Shown: piece by piece, positions 1 to 12,108 of the stretch
Layout: each line of letters starts with the position of its first letter
Numbering within the stretch: the first letter of the stretch is position 1
Assembly (NCBI GenBank): GCA_010093815.1
Contig: ML996576.1
Direction: 5' to 3' (one strand)
Length of the DNA stretch: 64,000 bases
From: Pseudovirgaria hyperparasitica
Taxonomy: Eukaryota
Position numbers and translations under genes: made by a program
Notes under the pieces: generated by a model
Databases searched by the model: none
What the model was told of the DNA's origin: nothing
Seen by the model: the letters and a program-made list of their open reading frames with translations, nothing else

Positions 1-1800
1 GAATCGGATGTGCAGCGTATCCTTGTTAGGATCTGAGTTTGTGCCGGTCGATGTGAGCCGCTTTGTCGTGCTACGCGCAATGCGAGCGCCGCGTATCGAG
101 GCGTAGGCCCATACCGCGTCCACTTCAAACAGGCCACCAAATGGCCAGATAGGGGTTGACAGGATATCGATAGCGAGAGTGACCGGTAGAAGACCTGTGG
201 CAAGGATCGAGTCACGCTGTGCCTTGCTCTGCGAACGTAACATGGTGTTGATAAATTCTGTACGTATCTGCTCTGGGTTCATAGGGATCGAGGCCGGGTA
301 GACAAGAACCATCTCCTCAAGTCCAACTGTCTTGCGTGTTGTGTCGGCCTCCTTGACACCGTCGTCGGTGTGGATATCATATTCCTTATCGTTCTCTCTG
401 TGAGCACTAGGTGAAGGTGAACGACCTCGGTTCATGCTGTCTGGATGCATGCGAGTCAGGAACTCGAGATTCGCGGAGACAGTCTTATCCATCCCCCATG
501 CTACTGCTTTCGTCGCATTCTTGCGCAGGCCAGCCCAAGATGCAGCCTTGGCTTCGCTGGTCTTGGCAGCTCGGACTTCTTCTTGCCATTTTCGTTGAAC
601 CTTGACTGAACGACTCTCCTTTTCGCCTTCAGCTGGCTTGGGAAATGGAGGCGGTGGAGGAGTGTAAATTAAAAATCGGTCTGGTATGTTTGTATCGTGA
701 CCTTTGGGTTTTGGAAACGGAATCAGATAAGCAATCAGTTTGTGAGGATCGCGGGTGTAATGAATGGGATTGTTATGATCGTCATCCATTCCAAAGGGAA
801 CAGGACTCCGACGCGGAGGGAGAGCTGGTGGTGTTTCTGGAATAGGTCGGTTCGGTGCTGACCCAGACGGCGATCCAACAAAACCTGCTTGTCCAGGTAG
901 AGGAGCCTTCTCGGGCTGGTAAAATCCGTAATCCTGTGGCACATATGGCTTTGCATCGACGGAAGGCGTGACCTTCTCACCCTCAGCAGTACCAGAAATG
1001 ACACTCGTTCCTTCAGGTTCATCATAAGCTGGTGGTGGAATCTCCGAAGGTCCTGCCTCGTCAAAGCGAGTCATCTTCTGAAGAATTTTCTCATCGTGCA
1101 CTGGTTCGTGTTCAAGACTGACTCCTTCCGGATGCTCGTACAATGGTAAGGCACCCGACATGGATTGGTCGTGACGTTTCGGACTCTTCTCTGGAACATG
1201 TGGTGGAGGTGAGCCAGTGGGAGGGGGAGGTATGTTCGCCGGCGCAGAATACATATCATCATCATCCTCGTGGGCTGGGGGCGCGACAGTTACAGAAGGA
1301 ACAGCATGGGGTGGCTCAGGCTCTGAGGGGAGCTCAGATACAGTGTTGATTGCATAGTCTTGTGTCCGTTCATGAGTCCTATCGGGCAATGTGTACGTCG
1401 GCGGAGCATGTTCTTGCTCGGGATGTACTTCAATAGGCTGTCCGCCCTGATTTTCTGCTACAGGAAAGCCATCAGGTCTGCGCCGAAGAGACGAGGATGG
1501 AGTGATAGGCGTCGGCTCTTCAATCGTTATTGTTGGAAGCTGGTTTGATTCTTGCGACGGCAGAGCACCCGACGCGTATGGCTTGTAGGGCTGATAGCCA
1601 GTCCTGGGCGGAGAAGACGCACTGTCCTCGGGATAGGGTACGGTGGCTTGATGTTGTGCAGGCTGAGATTCGTATCCCGTTGTGCTTGGGTGGCTACTTT
1701 CAGCTTGCTGTGGTGGCCTATATGGCTGATACTGTGAAGCTGGATCTGTCGATGGTGGATGCTGCTGGTAATAGCGCTCCGGTGGAGACTGATCTGACAT
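1..1800 (-). CDS. Fungal hypothetical protein, long Pro/Ser/Glu-rich N-terminus plus ordered C-terminal region; 3' end runs off the window
   Basis: ATG at 1800 (MSDQSPPERYYQQHP...). The frame read open at every point checked and continues to position 1 (...HYTRDPHKLIAYLIPFPKP...RFLIYTPPPPP...QRKWQEEVR...GGLFEVDAVWAYAS...). It is probably missing from the ORF track because no stop lies in the window. Confidence 0.8.
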   Translation of the reverse strand, partial: MSDQSPPERYYQQHPPSTDPASQYQPYRPPQQAESSHPSTTGYESQPAQHQATVPYPEDSASSPPRTGYQPYKPYASGALPSQESNQLPTITIEEPTPITPSSSLRRRPDGFPVAENQGGQPIEVHPEQEHAPPTYTLPDRTHERTQDYAINTVSELPSEPEPPHAVPSVTVAPPAHEDDDDMYSAPANIPPPPTGSPPPHVPEKSPKRHDQSMSGALPLYEHPEGVSLEHEPVHDEKILQKMTRFDEAGPSEIPPPAYDEPEGTSVISGTAEGEKVTPSVDAKPYVPQDYGFYQPEKAPLPGQAGFVGSPSGSAPNRPIPETPPALPPRRSPVPFGMDDDHNNPIHYTRDPHKLIAYLIPFPKPKGHDTNIPDRFLIYTPPPPPFPKPAEGEKESRSVKVQRKWQEEVRAAKTSEAKAASWAGLRKNATKAVAWGMDKTVSANLEFLTRMHPDSMNRGRSPSPSAHRENDKEYDIHTDDGVKEADTTRKTVGLEEMVLVYPASIPMNPEQIRTEFINTMLRSQSKAQRDSILATGLLPVTLAIDILSTPIWPFGGLFEVDAVWAYASIRGARIARSTTKRLTSTGTNSDPNKDTLHIRF

Positions 1801-3290
1801 GATGAACCCGACGCTTTCGCAAAGCCTCAAGAGGGTTTTGAGGTGCAGAATCTTTTGGTAAGTTCTTAGATGGGATATAACAACGCCGTCGTATCTTCTC
1901 TGGCGTGCTATTTGAGTTGTTGTGAAGAATGCCCTGCCTCATGCCATGACGTCGCTTTACGCGTCGCCGACGAATCTCAAGATGCACAGCCACACCAAGC
2001 CAAACCAAGTCACCTCACAGGATTCTAGATATGCCCTCAATTACTTCTTGCAGTCTTCCTCGTTCACGACCTGTGACTGGAAACATCACTTTTACTTTAC
2101 TTCTCGTATCTCGTTCATCGTAAACAAAGTATCGACTGCACCAACCACTGCCGCCGCCGCCAGTGCCTCTATTCGTGACGACGTCACCTTATTATCAACG
2201 CTCCACACAGCCATAAAGAATTACTGACATGGCTGCAATCAGAATAGTGCATTATACATGTAGTATTGTGCGGCGAATAGAGTAGAGTCTACTCTTATCG
2301 CAGACCACATCGTAGGACCCAGCACTGGCACAGGAAGTATGCTAGTATGATAGTATAATCTCATGCCTTCAGGCATCTTACTCCGCCGGCTTTTAAACAC
2401 AACGCACTTGTCAGACATTAGAGCATATGCTGGCATTTCTAGTACCATGGATGAGCAGCGACATGGCATATTATGGTGTACTACTAATTCTGCCAGAAAA
2501 CAGGGGTCGTCTGGGCACTCGGATTTTCGCACTCAAAACATCAAGTCCAACGTCCTCACATTGTAGACTCGTTTCACAGGCTACGAAGCACCTTTATTCT
2601 TGCCTAGCTACTCCCTAGGAATCGCGATTCCTACGAACCGATGTATCTTCGAGCCGCCTTAGTCCCAGCGCCATCTTGACATTCCAGCCCAGCCTGAACG
2701 TCAACCACGCATATGCAATTGTCTGTCACCCTCCAACGGAAACATCCCAATTTGTATCTCACTTACTTTCCGATCTTTTCGAGGCCGCTAGTCTTCCTGG
2801 TTGGTAATCACGACACATACTGGTCACATGATTGGTAGCTGTCTGTTCACATACCAGTACATGTTGGTTAGTGCTCAACACTGACATAATTCAGGGGCAC
2901 ATGCTACACAGACACCCACAATGGATAGATGGTTGTCGTTCAGTATGCGCAGAGACCCGCATCTCCACTTAGAAACAGCGTCCTATCCCCGCATTTCCAC
3001 GACTACTTGGAAGACATGAGCAGTTCATGTTGAGTATCTACACATGGAATTTAGAGCCCAACGAACGTCATCGTCAGCTCTACGTACATTGGAGCCTAGG
3101 AGTTGTCAACGTCAGCTTCCCACATATATCATATATTTTGATTTCATGACGACATTCCCAGTCCCTCCGCGAGTAATTGAGTCTCCACACCCATGATTTA
3201 CGAGACGAGGCAGGATGAAAATACGTATTAAACCCCTATCACGGAGACCATAATGGCTTTGTGATAGCACCTAACATTCAATCCGTTACA

Positions 3291-4987
3291 ATGCTTCTAT
3301 CGGCAAGATTTTCGGCTACTTCAGCCATACTGTTCCTACAACAGACCGTGTCAGCGGCGCTGTACAACCAGGTCGTCAGTACTGAGTACGGTCCAGTCCA
3401 AGGTTTCCAATACTTCAACAACTCCGCAAACTTATCAAATCCATCCGGAAACGTCGCTGCCTTCCTCGGCGTCCCCTATGCCGCAGATACGTCTTACGAG
3501 AATCGCTGGCGTGAAGCTCAACCCCGTGAGCCGTGGAATGACACTCTTCATGCAATCGCATTTGGCCCGGCTTGTCCAATCGCCTCGCAGGCCCAAGCAG
3601 GCTTTACATTGAGCGAGGATTGTCTGAGCGTCAACATTTGGACAAACGCAAAGTCGTCCGCCGATCGCCTGCCTGTCTTTCTGTGGAGCTATGGGTCTGG
3701 TGAGACGAGTGGCGAGGCGCTCTATGACGGAGGCGGACTCGCAACCCAGGATGTGGTTGTAGTCACATACAACTATCGCGACGCTGCATTCGGGTTTCTT
3801 GCACATCCAGACCTGAGTGCGGAGAGTGGCCGCAATACAAGTGGCAACTATGGAATCATGGACATGTTCACGGCGCTGCGTTGGATTAAGTCGAACATCG
3901 CGAACTTTGGCGGTGATCCGGATCACATCGTCATTGGTGGCCAATCATTTGGGTCTGCACAGGTATATCATGCAGTCAATAGCCCTCTTGCTAAAGGTCT
4001 CTTCAAAGGCATGATCGCAGAAAGTGGCATCCGCGATCCTTACGACTACATGCTCGCCGGTCTTGCAGACAGCTATTCCACCTTGGATGTAGCGTTGAAG
4101 AGAGGGGTCAACTACACAAAGAACCATAATGTTTCGAGCATCGCCGAACTCCGAGCACTGTCCATGGAGAGCCTGCTGTCCGGTAGTGATGACAGAGACT
4201 ATAGCTTATCGAATGTGACCGCACTATGGACCATGAACCCACCTCTCTACAAGACAGTACTCGACGGCTACGTCGTTCCGTCGACATATCTCAAGACCCT
4301 CGAGACCGGCCCAGCCTCCGATGTACCCATGATCACTGGTAACAACCGCGATGAATCTGGCGCTTCAACAGGGACATCCTACACGCTCAGCCAATACTAC
4401 CTCTACAACAGCCTCAAATACGGCAACCTCTCCTCCCGCTACTTCTCGCTCTACCCGGCCCATAACTCCTCGCAAGGCAACCGTGCATGGAACGCTGCGG
4501 CGCGCGACACATCACTCGTCTCTTCGTGGTTGTTCAGTCAGAAATGGTACAAGAAGGCGACAAGCCCGTTCTACACGTACTACTGGGATTATGCGCCGCC
4601 AGGCCAGAGCCAGGGCGCGTACCATATGGCAGAGATCAACTACGTGCTGAACAACCTGTACAAGACAGACAGACCATGGACGGCGTATGACTACTGGCTT
4701 GCAGATGTCATGTCAAGTGTAAGTCGTCTCCCCTTTCACTCCTTCTGAAACATCCCCACGCAGTCTTACTCACCACGCATAATATTTAGTATTGGGCAAA
4801 CTTCATTAAAACACTAGATCCGAACACTGGCGGCTCGTATCGCAATGGCAGCCTGCCAACGTGGGCGCCAACTGACGCAAGGCAGGAGGTCATGCATACA
4901 GGCACACAGTTTGGCAATGTCCCTATCGCGCAGCCGGCGCAGGTAGACTTGATCTCGGACTGGTTTGCGACGCAGCCGCCGTATTAG
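3291..4987 (+). CDS. Secreted carboxylesterase type B (alpha/beta hydrolase)
   Basis: Signal-peptide-like N-terminus. Motifs FLGVPYA, SEDCLSVNIWT, NYR..AFGFL, NFGGDP..I.IGGQSFG (Ser), NNRDES (Glu), GAYHMAE (His). Intron 4719-4789 (GTAAGT..TTTAG) restores YWANFIKTLDPN; stop TAG at 4985-4987. Confidence 0.92.
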
Positions 4988-6952
4988 TCAGTGATTATTC
5001 TTACCTGCTAGGTACTAGTAGTAGCCCTAGAAATTTATGAGGCAGACAACATGTCTCAGTCAGATCATGCGGTATAGAACTCGGTCTTTGCTCATATGCG
5101 TTTACAAGTCATAGCCTCACCGCCAGTGTCAGTCAGCCCACCACGATGTATAGATATTACGAATTATAAGACACCATAGACATACAATCTACAATGTACA
5201 ATATAGAACACACAGCAAAAAACCATCCCCAACCTCACTCTCGACCCCGCACACGTGCAGCTCAACATGTGCATGTGAATATAACCAACGAAGAATTCTC
5301 CCCAACCCGCTAATTACACGGCCCATTCATTCTATGTTTCCATCCCTCTCATCCATGCATCCATGTGACTGACATCCGCGCCGCGCGTATCGATACGTTC
5401 CCGGCGTGCCGCCCGTTTCGAAGCGAACGAATACCCGGTAGAAGGAAAGAATTCGAGTCCGAGTGAAGTAATAGACTAGTATCATTGTAAGTGTATGTGG
5501 GTGTGTGTGGGTGTAATGTGCTGTCGGGTGTTGCTGGTGCCGCTGCTTTCGGATGTACCTGCTTACCGCCGCCTGTCAGGATGGCGTTATTAGGATGTGT
5601 TTTCGAAGATCTCGCCTAGGAATGCTGTGCCTGTTGCCTTTTCGTTGTCGTTGTCGTCGTCGTCCAGGATCGTTCTCCGAGGGATGCCAGCCAGGAACCA
5701 ACTACTGGTCCGCGCTCTGCTGGTAATTAGGTTATTTCCATGGCATACGTATCGTGTTGTGATTTATCTATGTTATGTGCATTACATTATGTTATCCAAA
5801 CAACAGCTTCTGCCAATCTATCCAATACCATACATAACTCAACTCTCACAGTGGAATAACTTCATCCCTATCTCCCCCTCTTCCATGTTCCCCACAGTGA
5901 TTAATAAATGATGTCCTCATGCATGCTAACTTCTCCTTGCCTCGCCCCATCAAGCCCACCGCCAACCCTCCAGAAGAAAACCCCTCTACCCGCTTGCCAC
6001 ATCCCACTTCAACCTCTACCTCCTCCTATTCAAGTTTTGCCGCACATGTGCATTTTCCCTTTGACTTGGCCTAGATGCATCCAAGCGGGGCCCAGTGAAC
6101 GCGAACGCGCGGCATGTTCAGCGGGCGGCTAGTGCGACGACTAATTACTCCTTTTGACGGGGTCCCACATACATGGATTGATAAATGGGCGCTTGCCAAA
6201 CCTCACCCGAAGGACCCCAGCCCGGGTAGCCCAGCGACAAGCATACCATGCCATCCAGTGGCCCACTCGGTTTTCGGCTTCGGCAGTGACGCGTAGCGCA
6301 CTATATGAGAGCGTAGTACAGCGAGGAAAAAGAGGCTCAGTGCAAGACTGATTTAGTGTGATGTGTGAAACTATGGTTGTTGGACTGGTTCGGTTCGCTG
6401 TGGCGCGCGCCGGTGAAGACCGCGAGGAAATGAGAAATAATATTATTATAATAATAGTGTGGACTGAGGGAAAACTGTAAAATCGAGGAGTCGTAAGATT
6501 GTGGGCCGGATACGTGCGGCGGTGCACAAAATGCATTAGGGTGGGTTCGGCACAGTCAGGTCATTGAATAAACACAAATGATTTGTGGTAAAGATTTTTT
6601 GGGGTGGTAGAATAAGTAGTTAGGATACTGCAGAAGGATATGGTACTCCTGTTCATAACTCCCGAGTTTCCCATACCTCTATGCAAGACGCATGGAATAT
6701 CAAAGAATATCAATAACATCAAATAGTCCGTGCATCCCAAGCGCCATGGCTAAATCGTCCGTGCAGACTGTATTGCTCGTGATTGATGCATGAAAGTAAA
6801 GAGTCGCAGTACACAGTACGCAGCGTCGTAACGTCAACGAATCCCAGGGGTATTCCCAACCTGTTACATAAAGTATAAACATGAAATGAAGTAACTAGTA
6901 CTGTTAAGAAACGAGGGTGTTGAGGTCACTGCCTCATAGATGAGCTTCAGGC

Positions 6953-7836
6953 TTATTGCATAGGGGAGCTGCTGACGAGCTCCTTCAACAACGGCTTCCA
7001 GTCACCACTGCTGTTCATGAGTAGTGTGGTGGTAGGGATGAAGCCACCGTCGTTGGGCAGGACAGGCATGGCACCAAAGAAAGCATACTGGTGGACGATA
7101 TCGGCGCCGTCCATGTAGTTGGCCCAAGTCTTGGTCATGGAGTCAACGGTGCCCTGGTCGGTGCTGGTTGAAGCAATCTCTGAGAGAATGATGGGGAACG
7201 GGTGCTCGCCGTGGCGCGCTTCAAGCCAGCTTTGGAGATTGTCGGGAACCTTGTCGTAGAAATGAAGGCCAAGGAAGTCGGGCTGGCTGGTGATCTTGCC
7301 AAAGAACTCGTTGAGCCAGTCAACACTGGCCTGTGTGTTGGTGATACCGGGAGAGACAAGTTTGCAGCCAGTGGAAGCCCTCATGGGGGCAAGGATGGTG
7401 TTCCACGCATCGGCAGCGGCTTGAGGGCTTATGCCATTGAGTTCAGGTTCATTGAAAGTGTGAACGATAGCGCCTGGGTTGGCTTGTGCGAAGTTTTGGG
7501 CGAATTGAAAGTTTTGACCAGTGGTTTCTGCCATAGTGCGAATAGTAGGTTGGAAGTATTGAGTCTTCTCTAAAGCTGGTGGAGTCCTACGAGGTATTAG
7601 TGTCTAACCAGGATGTAAAATGCAAAAGCTCCAAATTACCATGTGTTCCAATTTAGAACGCCGACCATCTGGCTTTCTCCAAAGTGGGCATCGTTAATTT
7701 TGGTGTTTTGGTCTCCGTTGGTGTAATCCCAAAGGAGAAGTCTCTTTGGTGCTGCCGTGCGGGCGACGATAGGTGCTGCTACAGAGAGCGTAGAGCAAGC
7801 GAGAAGGAAGGACAGGGTTGAAGTGATTTGAACCAT
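6953..7836 (-). CDS. Secreted glycoside hydrolase family 128 (beta-1,3-glucanase-like)
   Basis: MVQITSTLSFLLACSTLSVAAP signal peptide. Intron 7639-7587 joins NWNTW to TPPALEK. GH128-type motifs FNEPE (acid/base), DFLGLHFY, ILSEIA (nucleophile), YAFFG. Confidence 0.85.
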
Positions 7837-10412
7837 CTTGAAGGATTGTGTGTTAACAGAGGAAGAAAAAAAATAATAAATTGAGAAGGATAGTGGTGCG
7901 AACTGCAATTGAACTTATGGATAGAGGCGGAACAATGTGCTGGGGACGCACAGTATTTATCTCACAATGCAGGCAGACTAGGCAAGCGCCGTTATTTCCC
8001 TTTCCCCCGGATAGGAACAGTGTCGGAGTGTCGATTACGCGGTACGATTTGCCAACAGGCCTTGTTGACAGTGTTCTGGTATGGCTTAAGCCTATTCCAT
8101 GGAATGGACCAACCAGGAACTAGCGCCATGCCATATTGTTTTTTTCAGACTCTTAAACAAGCCAGACTGCGGGCCGGTGGGGCGAGGGCGGAAGACTCCT
8201 GGTTTCGAGAGTCTGATCAATCAGCGTCTCCGTTGAAGCATCCCACGTAGCCTGATATTGTTGCCCCAAGCCCTCTGCAGAATAGTAGCAGGGATAATTT
8301 TGGAGACGGCTGATGGTTATGGTTGGCCTTATGCCGCACAGACGGCAGCCGGCGCCAGGAACCAGGAAGCCCAGGAACGCGTTCTCATTTAGTCACTTTG
8401 GCGCAAAGTACCCGCTGTTGCAAAGTCGCCCGAGGGGGCCGGTCGTCCACCAGCAACGTGTTAACTCATACGGTTGACAGGCTTCAGGCCTCGATCCGAT
8501 GTGCCCCTGGTTGCGCGTCTCCCGCCGGTTGCCTTTGCGGCATGATTTGGTATTAGTAAACGGGGGTAGATGCATCGCAACGGTCTGCTCAAGACTCGCG
8601 CCGAGGCTTCACATCGGTCTGTGAAGTTGCCATCGGTGTGCATATGCCCAGCGGTGACCGAGGCGTGAGGATATGCTCCGCCATGCTTTGCTGACGGGAG
8701 CCGGGAGCCCTATTTGTTGGCTACATCTGCAGTTGTCAGGTAAGCAGGAACAGGAAAGTTACTGCGCCGATCTGACACTTTGTTATCCCAGCGCTGGCAG
8801 AAATTGACGTGGCCGTGGCGATCGCTAGCCAGGTGGAGCACTCCTATCCTTCGCAGGACACGTTTCGATGTGGTGATCATCACTCATCTTACTCGCAGGG
8901 CAGTTATGCTTTGCCCGAATCAGAATGTTATGTCCACCCACTGTACCCAGCTTTAAACCACACGGCGAGAACCGTTCTCTGTTATGGTGCGCTTGTGTTG
9001 TCTGATATTGTAATATATGTGCACACTGGCGCTGTGCCTTTCGGTGGTTTCTATCACGTAATGTGGCTGACAGAGACTCCAATTCATGTAGGAGGCCGGA
9101 GTGCTGTGGAGACGAAGTCGTGGCTCTTGTGCAAAACACCTGGAGGACCTGCAAACCAAGAACCAAGGAGATCCGTTTTCTCAGGAGTCGAGCAACGGTT
9201 GGAGACCCAACATTGAAACCGTTTCTTGTTGTCCATCAGGGATTAGAAAAGAGCTGGTCTGCATACGTTAGGCAGATTGCTTGGGTTTACCGGCAATCAA
9301 AGCAGGACCACTATTTGCATATGTTTCAATTCGACAAGAGTAATTTCATGCCTGAGCTTGTACACTCAACAACTGTGTCCCTGCTCGCAAAGATACTTTC
9401 GTTGGGTGTCTTGGTGACCCACGGCCAGGAAGACTCTCAAATCTAAAGTTGAGCAGCATGAGGTCTCAATCAACATTACGTCGCTTCATTAGTACACAGA
9501 AGCCAGATCCTGTGCTGCATCAGGTCCGCTAGCGGTGAAGCCCCAAGAGCGACGTCGCTGCAACATGACCCAGTTCGCTTGAGATGTCGCGATTATTCCT
9601 TGCAGTGATTAGTAATTAGGTGAAGTAGCAATCCACCTCGTTAATGATGCCTAGTGGTGTTATGTGGCCCCAAATGGATATTGCCGACAACGATAATGCA
9701 AGAATGAGGCCGCATGTCGCCACAGAGGATGCCATGCAAACAGCAACAGCAAGACGACGTTGGCTATCGATTAACGTCTTCATCGAATCTCGAGCCGGTG
9801 CAAATCTCCCTTTCTATTCCCTGGCAAGCCTGCAATATGCCCTTGTGCTTGACATCTTGTCGTTGCCAACCGCCTCGCCAAAGCGATGACGACGAGAGCG
9901 GAATGTAAGGTGTTGGACCAACGCCAAGGCAGTTTGCAACCTCATGCTTCGACATTGCAGCTATGTTTCAGACCAGAGGTACTAGAGCAGGACGATTGTC
10001 CTGGGCTTAAAATAAACTAGGGGCCAGTTGAATGTATTTCTGTCCGCAGAGGCTCAGAGGATGAGGGTGAGATCCATGATCCATCGCGCCATTGACGTCG
10101 GGGCCATTGAGCATTCGCAGAGGTTTAGGCAGAGGGCAGTCTGACATAGGCGGTAATTCTTCCGCTCCATGATGGCGGTATGAAGTAAAGTTGCTACCAG
10201 AGACGAGTTACGATTGGAGGAGGTTGTGGAAGCAAAACGTCCGAGAGGTTGTTGTGTTGGCTCTCCGCTAGCTTTCGACCCCGCCATCAGATGCGGAAGC
10301 GTTACCCAATCCGGCAGCTTCAACAGTTGCAATAATCACTATTATTATCGTCTGGCCCCTCAGTGATCCTATAGGTATCTCTCACCTACGTCTGCGGTCG
10401 ATCAATGTCGTT

Positions 10413-12108
10413 ATGGAGTACGATACCAAAACCCGTCAGTCGATTATTCTACCTGCATTGATCATGTGCTGACAGCCTCTAGCTCAATGGCAAACCTCAG
10501 ACAAGCTATCCTTCGCGTATCCCTCTGCTCGCGACCGATGGCCTGTGATACTCGTACGCATGCTCACTAAATGGCATATGAAGACAATACAGCTGACCGA
10601 GATTAAGACCCAAGGCATCGACGACGTCCATCGCGCTGTCAGTGACGCCACCGATCCCGTAGCACAGAAAGAAGGCAAGGCAATTATCGAGCAATTGGCG
10701 AAGCTCAAGTATGAGCTCCAGCACAATAGGAATCTAACGTGGGTTGCTTCAACATCGAGGTTCAGGCCGACAGCTGATTCGATCGCAGCCCTCTTGAGGA
10801 AGACGGATATCCTGACATCGCAGAATATAACAAAGAGCTCGAGCAGCGCGGGAGTCCACAATGGTTCGACGTGACTTGGCTGTATTCCGAATGCTACATG
10901 TACAGGTGCGAGGGTCAAGAGTCTCATTACCATACGCATGCTGACGCGCACAAGGTAGACGTATGAGCAACTTCTTCAAACTTTCTACAAAGTGGAAGAA
11001 CTACGACCTCTTCGCCAAGCAGAAAATGTCTGGCTTCCATTCCTCTCGACGCGCCGTCATCGAATTGGCTACACGCTACAAGGACATTGTAACGCAGCTA
11101 GAGACCAAGCACACTTTGCAAGGTGCCAAATCGCCCGAAGAGCTGGAACAAGCCGAAAAGGTACTGTTCTCGGAGATGTGCGAGATCTGCCTATGGGGAA
11201 ATGCCACAGATCTTTCTTTGATGACCAACTTGTCATCAGTGGATTTCTCTAAGATTCAAGGAGCAGCAGCAAGGAAAGCGTCGGAGAAGAATGTACTTGC
11301 GAATGATCTTGGTGCTGCATTTGAAGCATTAAACAATGCGAAGAAAGCAAACATCCCCGACAGACGCGTGGACTTTGTTCTTGATAACGCAGGTTTTGAG
11401 CTCTTTGTCGATCTCATACTTGCTAGCTACCTTCTCGCCGCAGGTCTAGCTACCTCAGTCGTCCTCCACCCCAAGAACATCCCATGGTTCGTATCAGATG
11501 TAACACCCAAGGACTTTGGAGACCTGCTCAGTGTCCTCGCCGATCCACAAGCCTTCTATTCCTCGGAATCAGAGGACGATAAGCGCAACGGCACAAAGCC
11601 CGACCCTCTATCCGACAAAGAGATTGAGGAGATCCAATTCCTGTTCCAACACTGGGGACGTCTCCACGGCGAAGGCGGGCTCGTCATCCGTCCAAATCTG
11701 TTCTGGACCGGTCCAGGCAGCTTCTGGCGCCTGCCTAAGGTCGAACCAGAGCTCTACAATGACCTCAAGGCAAGCCAGCTGGTTATTTTTAAGGGTGACC
11801 TCAACTATCGTAAACTGACAGCCGACGTAAGTATATGTGACATGACCCCCCCAACGTAAAGGTTTTAATTGATTCATCAGGCCATGTGGGATCCCGCCAC
11901 ACCTTTCTCCGAAGCCATCGGTCCTCTGGGCCCAGGCTCGGGCCTCCGTGTGATGACACTGCGCACTTGTAAGGGCGACGTCATCTGTGGTCTGCCAAAA
12001 GGCAAGGACGAGGAGCTACGTGCCACTGATAACGATACCAGTGGTGCGAGAAAATGGGCGTGGACTGGTAAGTATGCCGTAATCCAATTCAATAATGGTA
12101 AAGCTTAA
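10413..12108 (+). CDS. Damage-control phosphatase, ARMT1/DUF89 family (yeast YMR027W-like)
   Basis: Multi-exon model MEYDTKTP / SFAYPSARDRWPVIL / ...WLYSECYMYR / CLWGNATDLSL, VLDNAGFELFVD, IFKGDLNYRKL, LRTCK; several GT-AG introns. Confidence 0.9.

Noticed and set aside
5488..5520. TG1-3-like tract resembling budding-yeast telomere repeats
   Set aside because: Short low-complexity GT-rich run, explained by the local skew.
6159..6200. RNase MRP/P RNA (GTCCC...CATACA...AATGGGCGCTT)
   Set aside because: The fragments are far too close together and the GARAG CR-I context is missing.
6535..6545. TTAGGG as a minus-strand TER template, with hairpin CAGT-CTTGC-ACTG near 6338-6350 as P6.1
   Set aside because: Only 7 nt of template match, and the hairpin is too close to the template to leave room for the pseudoknot core.
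8800..10340. ORFs of 90-135 aa between GH128 and the ARMT1-like gene
   Set aside because: No recognisable motifs or consistent exon structure; possible relics but unsupported.
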